DNA of 64,000 nt, taken from positions 118,203 to 182,202 of the forward strand of contig CAWHDZ010000008.1 in the NCBI GenBank assembly GCA_963828255.1, written 5' to 3'. The notes beneath the pieces were generated by a model. That model was not told where the DNA came from, did no database searches, and saw nothing but the letters and a program-made list of their open reading frames with translations. This stretch comes from an uncultured delta proteobacterium (lineage in GTDB: Bacteria; Myxococcota; Myxococcia; Myxococcales; Anaeromyxobacteraceae). Of the stretch, positions 20,041 through 28,212 are shown piece by piece (position 1 is the stretch's first letter; every line of letters starts with the position of its first letter). The position numbers and the translations under genes are program-made.

Positions 20041-20333
20041 AGGTCCAGATCTCGCCGACGGCGCGGCGGCAGATCGTCGCGCTGTCTGCCTGGTGGAACG
20101 AGAATCGCAGGTCGGCCCGTGTTCGCGTCGAGGATGCGGTCGACGCGGCGGTCGGCGCCATGCGGGAGCATCCGGGGCTTGGGCCTGCCTACCCGCCGAA
20201 CCCGAGGTACCGGACATGGCGGCTCAAGGGCACGCCCTACGTCCTCTTCTACCGAATCGACGATGCCGCGGGGACCATCTGGATCATGGTCGCGTGGAGC
20301 GCCATGAGGGGTTCGGGGCCCGAGTTGCCCTGA
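20037..20333 (+). CDS. ParE/RelE family toxin
   Basis: 98 aa; VQISPTARRQI...HPGLG...PYVLFYRID...IWIMVAW. Confidence 0.8.
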   Translation: MKVQISPTARRQIVALSAWWNENRRSARVRVEDAVDAAVGAMREHPGLGPAYPPNPRYRTWRLKGTPYVLFYRIDDAAGTIWIMVAWSAMRGSGPELP

Positions 20334-20394
20334 GTTGACGCTGATGTGCCACGACACATATTGATGCCCGGGCGCCATCACCCTGGAGGTCGTC

Positions 20395-20769
20395 GTGAGC
20401 CGCAAGTTCAAGGACTTCATCCGCGAGCTCGAGGAGGAGGCCCAGCGCGAGGGTCCCCAGGCCGTCGCCGAGCTCAAGGCGTTCGACGCGCACTTCCAGC
20501 TGGCCACCGAGTTCATCCTCCTTCGAAAGCAGCGCGGGCTCACGCAGCGACAGCTGTCGACAAAGTCGGGGGTCCAGCAAGCGGAGATCAGCCGAATCGA
20601 GGGCGGGCGCGCCAATCCGACGGTGTTCACCCTGTCCGCCCTCGCTTCGGCTCTCGGCGGGGAACTGGGAATCCGGATCCGTGCAGGCAGCCGCCGACCG
20701 CGGTCCGTTCATGTGGCGCGAGGTCGTCACGCAGCACGGCAGCGACCGGTCGCGACCGGGGGGCGCTGA
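20395..20769 (+). CDS. XRE-family HTH regulator (HigA-like)
   Basis: GGAGG RBS; LRKQRGLTQRQLSTKSGVQQAEISRIEGGRANPTVFTL. Confidence 0.88.
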   Translation: MSRKFKDFIRELEEEAQREGPQAVAELKAFDAHFQLATEFILLRKQRGLTQRQLSTKSGVQQAEISRIEGGRANPTVFTLSALASALGGELGIRIRAGSRRPRSVHVARGRHAARQRPVATGGR

Positions 20770-20888
20770 CGGGAATCCGGGAAGGTCCTGGAGGAGGCCG
20801 AAACCCTGTATCTCGCTGCATGACGACGCGGGGCAGTGAGCCGCCGGGGTGATGCAAACATCCGGAGTGACACTATCCTTTCGGAGGC

Positions 20889-21005
20889 ATGGTCTTCGAC
20901 TGGCGCGAGCACATCACCGTCGACCCCGCGGTCCTCGTGAGCAATCCCGTCGTCCGCGGCATGCGGCTCTCGTCGGTTGCCCCGGCACCTCCTCGACCAT
21001 GTTAG
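20889..21005 (+). pseudogene. Truncated DUF433-family antitoxin
   Basis: GGAGG-ATG; MVFDWREHITVDPAVLVSNPVVRGMRL then loses similarity where the kinase gene ends. Confidence 0.6.
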
Positions 21006-23347
21006 GGCGACCAGAAGTCCACCTCCAGGCCGAGCCTCTTGAGCATCGCGGTGTAGCGAGGGTCTCCGTGCACACCGCGGAGAAGGGGATCGACCTGAAT
21101 CATATTGAGGCCATTGTCGCGCGTTGCGAACGCGTGCTCCAGCCACTCGAACGCACGGTCGGCCTCTCCTCTCCACGCGTAAACCTGGGCGATCTGGTAA
21201 GCCGCTGTGTCTGGACGTTCGGCGATCAGGGTGTCGAGCGCCTCCTGCGATTCCCGGGCGCGCCTCAGGCCGTGGAGGGCCTCGGCGGTGCACGTGAGCG
21301 GGAGCGCCCTTCCGCTTTGCCTGGCTGCAAACGCCAGCGCCTCTTCGTTCAGGCCGTCCGCGACCAGTGACATGCACATGTACATGCTGGCCTCCACGTG
21401 ACCGGGGCTGAGTTCGAGCGCGCGACCCAACGCCTCCCTGGCGTGAACGAAATCAGCGGCTGCCATGTACAGACGCCCCAGTATGACCAACCGATATGGA
21501 TCGAGGGGGTCGCGGTCCACCCGCACCTTCCCGGAAGCGATCGACGCCTGGATCCGCTCGGCCCTGTTCAACTTCCTGGGGTCAGTTCCTGTGGCGCTGG
21601 CATCCTTCGGCCGGAGTTCGGCCGCTCTCGCGAAGTCGGCTTCCGAACCGGGCCTGTCGAAGGCGAAGTTCCAGCGCGCCAGCCCACGAATGCGGTAGCT
21701 CTGGGGGAGATCGGGCGCAAGCGCGACGGCCTTCTCGGCGGCTGCAAGTCCCCGCTCGACCATCCCGGGCTGGCCACCGTCCGCACGGAGGTCCATGGCT
21801 GCCTGGACGATTCCTGCCCATGCCGCCGCGTACCCGGGGTCGAGCGCCACCGCCTTCTCGAAGGCCGCCATGGCTCGCCAGTGGTCCTCCATGGTTCCGC
21901 GCTTCGCGAAGTGTCGCCCAAGAAGGAGCTGCGCATACGCTTCGGGCTTGTCGGTCCGGAGCCACCTCGCATTCTGGTCCTTGTCGGGGAGCAGGTTCAC
22001 CTGGAGTGCTGTAGCTACGGCCTGGGCGATGTCCTTCTGGATGGCGAGCAAACCTTCCTGGCCCCGATCGAATGCCTGCGACCACAGGTGCGCACCGTCC
22101 GCGGCGCGGATGAGCTGGGCGGAGATCCTGAGGACGCCCCCCTCCTTCCGCACGCTTCCCTCGAGCAGGGTCTCGACGTTGAGCTTCTGGCCAATGGCGC
22201 GGAGGTCGTCGGGCTTCCCCTTGAAGGAGAACGAGGAGGTTCGCCCGATCACCTTGAGCCCCTTCACCTGCGCGAGCGTGTTCAGGATCTCCTCGGCGAT
22301 CCCGTCCCCGAAGTATTCCAGGTCCTTCCCCGGACTCATGTCCACGAACGGCAGAACGGCAACGGACGGCTTGGTCTCGGCCCGAGCCGCGTCTGCTGAA
22401 CGCCCCGCGCGATGTACGACCACGCCGACGACCACGCCACCGAGGACGACGCCGAGCCCCGCGAGCACCGCGACCCGACCCATGCGAGCTGGCCGCTCGG
22501 TGGCATGGCGCGCCTCCTGGAGGACCTCCAGCCACGCCTGACCATCTCTTGGGCGGGCCGCCGGGTCGGCGGAAGTGGCCAGGGCTATGGCTCGCTCCAG
22601 GCGTCGTGGGCGTCGCCCTCCGAGCATGTCGCCCAGCACTCGGCCTGCCGCGTACACGTCGGCCCGCTGGTCCACCTCCTCGCCCCGCGCCTGCTCCGGA
22701 GCCATGTACTTAGGGGTTCCGGCTCCGCTGATTCCCTCGGTGCCAAGCAGGTGCGCGAGCCCGAAGTCGAGGAGCTTCACCCTCCCGTCCTCGCAGACGA
22801 ACACGTTCGCGGGCTTGAGGTCCCGGTGCAGGACGCCTCGCTGGTGGGCGTGGGCGAGCCCCTTCGCCATCTCCTCGGCGATGCGCAGGGCCTCGGCCTG
22901 TGGGATCGGGCCTTCCGCGATGCGCTGCGCAAGCGTGTTCCCGTGCAGCAGTTCCATCACGAGGTAGGGACCGGCTTGGCTCGTTCCTACATCGTGAAGC
23001 GTTACGATGCAGGGGTGGTCCAGGCGCGCCACCGCCTCGGCTTCCTTCTTGATCCAGTCCGACGAGAGGTCTCGCCGAGGCCGGGACAGGCGTAGCGTCT
23101 TCACTGCCACGACCCGGTTCAACTCGGTGTCGAACGCCTCGTAGACCGCGCCGAAGCCTCCCCGCCCGACTTCGCGACGGATCTCGAAGCGGCCGAGCCG
23201 GTCGCCCGGCTGAAGCTCGTTCTTCCAGGCGTCGAGGGCGTCCTCACTGGAAGCATCGGCCAGTTCCTGGAGAAGTCGGGAGAGCGGGCCGGGCTCGCCG
23301 GCGCTCGACACGACCGCGCTGTCGCGCTGCTCCTGGCTCTCCGGCAA
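21002..23347 (-). CDS. Ser/Thr protein kinase with TM, TolB-N-like and TPR domains
   Basis: GRGGFGAVY, VAVK, HRDLKPAN, DFG, GTPKYMAPE; SVAVLPFVDMS..EYFGDGIAEEIL; TPRs. Confidence 0.93.
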   Translation of the reverse strand: MPESQEQRDSAVVSSAGEPGPLSRLLQELADASSEDALDAWKNELQPGDRLGRFEIRREVGRGGFGAVYEAFDTELNRVVAVKTLRLSRPRRDLSSDWIKKEAEAVARLDHPCIVTLHDVGTSQAGPYLVMELLHGNTLAQRIAEGPIPQAEALRIAEEMAKGLAHAHQRGVLHRDLKPANVFVCEDGRVKLLDFGLAHLLGTEGISGAGTPKYMAPEQARGEEVDQRADVYAAGRVLGDMLGGRRPRRLERAIALATSADPAARPRDGQAWLEVLQEARHATERPARMGRVAVLAGLGVVLGGVVVGVVVHRAGRSADAARAETKPSVAVLPFVDMSPGKDLEYFGDGIAEEILNTLAQVKGLKVIGRTSSFSFKGKPDDLRAIGQKLNVETLLEGSVRKEGGVLRISAQLIRAADGAHLWSQAFDRGQEGLLAIQKDIAQAVATALQVNLLPDKDQNARWLRTDKPEAYAQLLLGRHFAKRGTMEDHWRAMAAFEKAVALDPGYAAAWAGIVQAAMDLRADGGQPGMVERGLAAAEKAVALAPDLPQSYRIRGLARWNFAFDRPGSEADFARAAELRPKDASATGTDPRKLNRAERIQASIASGKVRVDRDPLDPYRLVILGRLYMAAADFVHAREALGRALELSPGHVEASMYMCMSLVADGLNEEALAFAARQSGRALPLTCTAEALHGLRRARESQEALDTLIAERPDTAAYQIAQVYAWRGEADRAFEWLEHAFATRDNGLNMIQVDPLLRGVHGDPRYTAMLKRLGLEVDFWSP

Positions 23348-23378
23348 GGCGAGCCCCCCAGGGGTGGTCCAAGGAGGC

Positions 23379-23417
23379 TAGCAGGGGGCCACCGAGGGTG
23401 TCATCCGCTCCACTGCC
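23379..23417 (-). repeat. 39-bp direct repeat, copy 1 (promoter-like)
   Basis: TAGCAGGGGGCCACCG(A/C)GGGTGTCATCCGCTCCACTGCC, one mismatch to 25533-25571. Confidence 0.88.
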
Positions 23418-23469
23418 AGGAGTTACCTGGAAGACGGTCCCGTCGAGTCTAGAACTCCAAGTCTCCCCC

Positions 23470-25356
23470 TCAACGCGGGCAGCGGAGCGAGCCAGGCACG
23501 GTGCTCGCCTTGAGCGCGGTGGCCCGGCCAGTGAGCGGGTTCAGCTTCACGTCGAGGACGGCCTCGCCCCGCTGGCAGGTCAGGAGGAAGGTCCCGCGGG
23601 TGGTCCCGTCGCCCTTCAGCGATGAGCCAACGCTGCACGCGCCGTGGTTGGCCGAGAGGCGGGCCAGGTTCTTGCGGAGCGCCCCGGCGTCCGCACCCGG
23701 CTCGAGCAGCTTGGCGGCAGCACCGTCGTCCCACTGCTCCATCAACTGTGCCCCCTCGGCGGCCGCCCTGGTCAACGGCTCGCCGGGAGGGAGCACGGAG
23801 GCGAGCTCGAGCGCCTGGATCCGCGGCGGTAGGTCCGAGGTGAGCTCGATCGACAGTTCAATGCCCCCTCTCTCGCAGGTGAGCAGCAGCCGGCCGCGCA
23901 GGGCGTTCTGGGCCTTCCCGCCCTCCGCGGGCTTGCAGGTGCCGTGCACCCTGGCGAAGCCCGCCAGGCGAGCCTCGAGCCTGTCCGGCGCCTCGTAGGC
24001 AGAGTAGTTGACGTCGAAGGCAGCCGTCGCACGCTCGGCGTTCCAAGACGTCAGGAGGTCCAGGACCGTCGCACGCGCCCGGACGAGCTGGTCCGAGATC
24101 GGCCGCGGCCGCTCCGGCAAGAGACCCCGCTCCCGCAGGCCGCTGACCAGGGCGTCCACGACGGGCCGGCCGTTGGTGTAGGTAAGGTTGGTCATCACGA
24201 AGACGCCCACGTCCTGCTCGGGCAGGAGCAGCACGAACGAGCCGTAGCCCGGGAGCCCGCCACTGTGCCGGACCACCTTCGGGAACTTGCAGTTGGTTCC
24301 GGATCCCCAGCCGAAGCCGTATCCGCCGGCGTACACTTGCAGCTCCCCGAGGTCGTTGCGCGTGGCGGCGAATGGGATAGGACGCTGGACCTCCTGAGTC
24401 TCGCGGATCGAGGCGCGCCGCACCGGGCCGGTGTCCGGCTCGTCGCGCGGGGGCCAGGCCGACAGCTGGAACGCCACCCATCGCGCGTAGTCGCGAGGCG
24501 AGGTCCACAGGCCGCCAGCGGCGGCCCATGCTCCGTCGGACAGCTCCGGCTCCTCGTGGAAGGCGTCGTCGGCATACTTCTCCAGGCCGGCAGAGGGCAT
24601 GTCCGAGCCCCTCCGCCCGTAGCCGTGTGCCTTTCGCGCCTCCGGGACCCGGGCCGCCTCCCACGTCGTGGCGCTCATGCCGAGCGGCACCAGCAGGCGC
24701 TGGGTCACGTAGTCCTGGGCACGCACGCCGCTGGTGCGCCCGATCACCCGGCCGGCCAGCGCGTAGCCCAGATTGGAGTACTCGAACTCGGTGCCCGGCG
24801 CGGTGGAGAAGGAGAAGCCCGTCGCCAGGAAGCGGTCGAAGTCGGCCTCGCTCATCGAAACGCGCAGGTCGGCAGTGGCGTTGTCCTCGGGTAGACCGCC
24901 CCCGTGCGAGAGCAACTGGCGGACCGTGATGCGGGGCGAGTCGGTGGTGAGAGAGGCGACCTTTCGCAACTCCGGGAGGTATCGCTCGGCCGGGTCATCC
25001 AGGGAGAACTTGCCCTCGTCGCGCAGCCCGAGCGCCGCCGCCCCGACGAAGGCCTTCGACATGGAGGCGATGCGGAACACCGTGTCCTGGTCCACGGGCG
25101 CGCCGCTGGTCAAGTCGCTCACTCCCCACGCCTTGAACCACGCCAGCTGGCCGCCGGTTACCAGGCCCACCGCCATGCCGGGCGCCTTCATGCCCGCCAC
25201 GGCCTTTGTCAGTGCCGGCTCCAGCTCGGTTGCCCCAGCGATCAGCCGGGCAGTTCGATCGGCGTCGCTCCAGGCCAACGGCGGAGCGGGGGAGCGCCGG
25301 GAGGAGGCCTGGGGCGAGGCACAGCCCAGACCGAGCGCCAGGAGAGCGAGGAGCAT
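23470..25356 (-). CDS. Serine hydrolase, beta-lactamase class C/PBP family lipoprotein
   Basis: LGLGC lipobox-like; FRIASMSK (SxxK), LLSHGGGL, FEYSN, HSGGLPG; start uncertain. Confidence 0.88.
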   Translation of the reverse strand: MLLALLALGLGCASPQASSRRSPAPPLAWSDADRTARLIAGATELEPALTKAVAGMKAPGMAVGLVTGGQLAWFKAWGVSDLTSGAPVDQDTVFRIASMSKAFVGAAALGLRDEGKFSLDDPAERYLPELRKVASLTTDSPRITVRQLLSHGGGLPEDNATADLRVSMSEADFDRFLATGFSFSTAPGTEFEYSNLGYALAGRVIGRTSGVRAQDYVTQRLLVPLGMSATTWEAARVPEARKAHGYGRRGSDMPSAGLEKYADDAFHEEPELSDGAWAAAGGLWTSPRDYARWVAFQLSAWPPRDEPDTGPVRRASIRETQEVQRPIPFAATRNDLGELQVYAGGYGFGWGSGTNCKFPKVVRHSGGLPGYGSFVLLLPEQDVGVFVMTNLTYTNGRPVVDALVSGLRERGLLPERPRPISDQLVRARATVLDLLTSWNAERATAAFDVNYSAYEAPDRLEARLAGFARVHGTCKPAEGGKAQNALRGRLLLTCERGGIELSIELTSDLPPRIQALELASVLPPGEPLTRAAAEGAQLMEQWDDGAAAKLLEPGADAGALRKNLARLSANHGACSVGSSLKGDGTTRGTFLLTCQRGEAVLDVKLNPLTGRATALKASTVPGSLRCPR

Positions 25357-25501
25357 GCTCGGCCGGCCGGGGTCACCTCGGGGTCTGGATGGTGGCGAGG
25401 ACCGGGTCTTGCATACCCAGCTCGACTGCTCGAGATCACGCATGGTGACGATCCTCCGGCCATCGGGTTCCGGTGGGCGAAGCCTACCTGATCTCGGCGC
25501 C

Positions 25502-25615
25502 TCAGCATGACGCGCGCCCCGCCGCCTCTCCATAGCAGGGGGCCACCGCGGGTGTCATCCGCTCCACTGCCGCCAGGATGTCGGTGATGCGAAGGCGCCA
25601 GTCCCTAGGCGGCAC
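25502..25615 (-). pseudogene. Truncated HepT/DUF86 HEPN toxin
   Basis: VPPRDWRLRITDILAAVERM, overlapping the MNT stop, is a typical DUF86 N-terminus; the Rx4-6H part is missing. Confidence 0.7.
25533..25571 (-). repeat. 39-bp direct repeat, copy 2
   Basis: Matches 23379-23417. Confidence 0.88.
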
Positions 25616-25895
25616 GGACCGCCTCGGACAGGATCTGCTGGCGCAGCTCCGGTCGAAGGCCGCCTTGCGTGACCAGGTCGACCTTGCAGCCCAGGAAGGC
25701 CTCGAGGCGATCCTGGACCTCGAAGAGGTGGAAGTAGCCGACCGGCGGGTCGAAGTCGACGAGCAGGTCGACGTCGCTTCCAGGGGCCGCCTGGTCGCGC
25801 GCCACGGAGCCGAACAGCGACAGGCTCCGGACTCCGAGCTCGCGGAGTTCCCCTGCGTGCTGGGCGATGATCTGGAGGACGTCGGCACGCCGCAT
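25605..25895 (-). CDS. Minimal nucleotidyltransferase (MntA-type antitoxin)
   Basis: LFGSVARDQAAPGSDVDLLVDF...KVDLVT (GSx10DxD). Confidence 0.92.
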   Translation of the reverse strand: MRRADVLQIIAQHAGELRELGVRSLSLFGSVARDQAAPGSDVDLLVDFDPPVGYFHLFEVQDRLEAFLGCKVDLVTQGGLRPELRQQILSEAVRAA

Positions 25896-26229
25896 GCGGG
25901 TCATCATAGGCCTCAGCCGTGTGACGGGCCAGGGTACCCAACCCTGCCCTCGACCCCTGCCCTGCGGGGTGCCCTGCGGAGAGGGCAGGATTGAGGACGA
26001 GGCGGCTGGCAGGATTGAAAGCAGGGCTGCCCTCGTAACCCCCCGAAACTCGTGCCCCGGCCCCGCCACCCTTCACCTGGCGTGCACACCGACGAACGGG
26101 GTGCCATCCGCCCGACCCCTCCCCCACGACCACCATGTGGGGAAGGGGTCGGCCGGCTGTCACCCAATGAGATTCCAGAGGGTGGATGGCGGGGCCAGGG
26201 CAAAGGGGCCGGAGGCGGCAGGGTCTGTG

Positions 26230-26258
26230 TTGCAAAGCACAAGATGTGTCTATACACT
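26230..26258 (+). promoter_or_regulatory. Sigma70-like promoter for the regulator-xis-int operon of island A
   Basis: TTGCAA-17 nt-TACACT in an AT-rich patch upstream of 26311. Confidence 0.6.
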
Positions 26259-26310
26259 AGGATAGTCATAAGAAATACTCTCAAACAAGAATGAAGGCGA
26301 GGGGAACGAG

Positions 26311-26649
26311 ATGGCTTCGAAGAAGGCGCGGGAGAAGTCGGAGGCGTTCGAGACGACGGAGAAGGTGATGCAGACGTTCCGGATACCTCGGGAGCTCGTG
26401 GGGAGGCTCCGGGCAGAGGCGGACCGGAGGGGGCTCGATCTCACCGCCTACGTCATCCGGGTCATGGGGGGCGTCATCGGGGATTTCGGGCTGCCGGAGG
26501 TCGCGAGGGTCATCCTGGACGACGACCGCGCGGCGCTCGGCATGGACCGGGAGGCTTACCTCCTGCACCTGCTCTTCCAGCGGAGCCTCGCCGTCCGCGA
26601 AGAGGGGCCCGGGTTCGACGGCCCGAGGTCCCGGAAGAAGGGACGCTGA
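26311..26649 (+). CDS. Small DNA-binding protein (ribbon-helix-helix-like)
   Basis: QTFRIPRELVGRLRAEADRRGLDLTAYV resembles RHH. Confidence 0.6.
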   Translation: MASKKAREKSEAFETTEKVMQTFRIPRELVGRLRAEADRRGLDLTAYVIRVMGGVIGDFGLPEVARVILDDDRAALGMDREAYLLHLLFQRSLAVREEGPGFDGPRSRKKGR

Positions 26650-27026
26650 TGCTGGGCGAGGTCACCGAGTCGCGCCGCTTCGGCCTGGTCACGATGTGGG
26701 TCTCGGCGACCGACGTCCGCCGGGCCCTGGGCTGCTCGCGGGCACTGGCCTACGAGCATCTTCGTCGGGCGGCGCGGCGGTCACCGGGGGAGCGGGGCCT
26801 GCTCCGGGTCCCCCTCGACGTCTGGGAGCGTTACGCCAGGGAGGTGCTGTCGTGCAGCGGATCTTCAAGCGAGGCCGGGTCTGGTACGGGTGGTTCTACG
26901 AGGACGGCCGGCGGGTGGTCCGGACCACCCGCTGCCGGGACCGCGCGGCGGCCGATAGGGTCGCCCGCCAGTGGGAGCTCGACGCCGCCGATCCGGATCA
27001 CGCGGCCGCGCGAACCGCGACGCTGA
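26649..27026 (+). CDS. Putative excisionase (HTH)
   Basis: VSATDVRRALGCSRALAYEHL...LRVP..W..Y; overlaps the integrase start. Confidence 0.6.
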   Translation: MLGEVTESRRFGLVTMWVSATDVRRALGCSRALAYEHLRRAARRSPGERGLLRVPLDVWERYAREVLSCSGSSSEAGSGTGGSTRTAGGWSGPPAAGTARRPIGSPASGSSTPPIRITRPREPRR

Positions 27027-28165
27027 CCGACGCGCTACAGCTCCTGCTCGCCCGGGACGAGGAGGAGGTCCAGGCCGGCCGGCGCAGCCCCGACACGGTC
27101 GCCTTCCACCGCTCCAAGGCAGGCCACCTGGTCCGCCTGTTCGAGACCGCCGACGGCGGCGGCCACGTCCCCTTCCCTCTCGTGCGGCTCCGCGCCGCGA
27201 ACGTGGACGGCTACGTCTCCCGACGGCGCGCCGAGAAGGTGACCGACGCCACCATCGCGAAGGAGCTCGTCGTCCTCCGAAAGTCGCTCCGCCTGGCCAT
27301 CCGCGCCGGCCTGTGGAAGGGACGGGTCGAGGAGGTCATCCCGGTGGCCTTCTCGGCGGGCTACGAGCCCCGGACCCGCGCGCTCACGGCCGGCGAGGTG
27401 GGGAAGCTCCTCCACGAGCTCCTCCCGGACCGCGCCGCGAGGGTGGCCTTCATCGTCGCCACCTCGGCCTGCTGGCGGGAGTCGGAGCTGGCCCGACGCG
27501 AGGACACCGGCGAGGGGCTCGCGACCGTGCTCCTCCGCGGGACGAAGCGGAAGACGCGCTTCCGGACCGTGCCCATCGTGAGCCCCGCGCAGCGCTCGCT
27601 CCTCGAGTACGCGGTCGAGCACGCGCAGGGAACGGGCGGCGCGGTCTTCCGCGTCTGGCGCAACGCGCGGCGCGACCTCCTCGAGGCCTGCGAGCGGGCC
27701 GGCATCGAGCGCTGCAGCCCGAACGATCTCAGGCGCACCTTCGCAAGCTGGCAGGTGGAGGCGGGCGTGCCGCTCTACCCCATCGCGCAGGCCATGGGGC
27801 ACAAGGACACGAGGATGCTGGAGCGGGTCTACGGCCGGCAGACCCCGGAGCAGCTCGCGGCGGTCATGGCGCGCGCGATGGGTTTGACGCAGGGCGTATG
27901 TAGCACATTTGTATCAGCGCCCCCGGAAACGGCGGATCCGGTGGACGCAGTGGACGACGACGCGGCGAACGCGTCTCCGGCGGCCGCGACCGAAAAGCAA
28001 AAGGCCCACCAGGATTTGCGTCCTGATGGGCCGGTGTCGGCGCGAGTTGTAGAAGTGCCTGGACCCGGAATCGAACCAGGGACACGGGGATTTTCAGTCC
28101 CCTTATCAAGGACCTCAAGGCCGCGACTTCATGTGGTTTCTCCTCGGGTCAAGCGTGCCGGGTAG
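26852..28165 (+). CDS. Tyrosine integrase A (reads through att copy 2)
   Basis: GGAGGT RBS + GTG; arm-binding-like N-terminus; catalytic set R(WRESE), K(RGTK), NDLRRTFASW, MGH, VY. Confidence 0.92.
   Translation: MQRIFKRGRVWYGWFYEDGRRVVRTTRCRDRAAADRVARQWELDAADPDHAAARTATLTDALQLLLARDEEEVQAGRRSPDTVAFHRSKAGHLVRLFETADGGGHVPFPLVRLRAANVDGYVSRRRAEKVTDATIAKELVVLRKSLRLAIRAGLWKGRVEEVIPVAFSAGYEPRTRALTAGEVGKLLHELLPDRAARVAFIVATSACWRESELARREDTGEGLATVLLRGTKRKTRFRTVPIVSPAQRSLLEYAVEHAQGTGGAVFRVWRNARRDLLEACERAGIERCSPNDLRRTFASWQVEAGVPLYPIAQAMGHKDTRMLERVYGRQTPEQLAAVMARAMGLTQGVCSTFVSAPPETADPVDAVDDDAANASPAAATEKQKAHQDLRPDGPVSARVVEVPGPGIEPGTRGFSVPLSRTSRPRLHVVSPRVKRAG
28051..28103 (-). repeat. att copy 2 (junction of islands A and B)
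   Basis: 53-bp identity with 50744-50796 (tRNA-Phe 3' half through the anticodon stem). Confidence 0.96.
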
Positions 28166-28179
28166 CAAATGGGTAGCAA
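28160..28179 (+). repeat. Putative arm-type tandem site of integrase B
   Basis: GGGTAGCAAATGGGTAGCAA, identical at 50588-50607. Confidence 0.8.
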
Positions 28180-28212
28180 GCCCCTGCTTTGGGTCGTCCC
28201 CTTCCATCTACG

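Larger units (their letters stand above)
19543..28103. mobile_element. Genomic island A (about 8.5 kb) at tRNA-Phe
   Basis: Bounded by att copies 1 and 2; xis-int at the right end; arm repeat AGCACATTTGTRTCAGC near both ends; TA cargo. Confidence 0.9.

Noticed and set aside
23470..25356. Antibiotic-resistance beta-lactamase
   Set aside because: The motifs only place it in the broad serine hydrolase family, which is mostly esterases and peptidases
26649..27026. Xis-Int fusion by frameshift, suggested by long xis/int overlaps in both islands
   Set aside because: Each integrase has its own RBS and start, and no slippery site was evident
19543..28103. att copies 1 and 2 as extra tRNA genes
   Set aside because: Both lack the 5' acceptor strand and D arm
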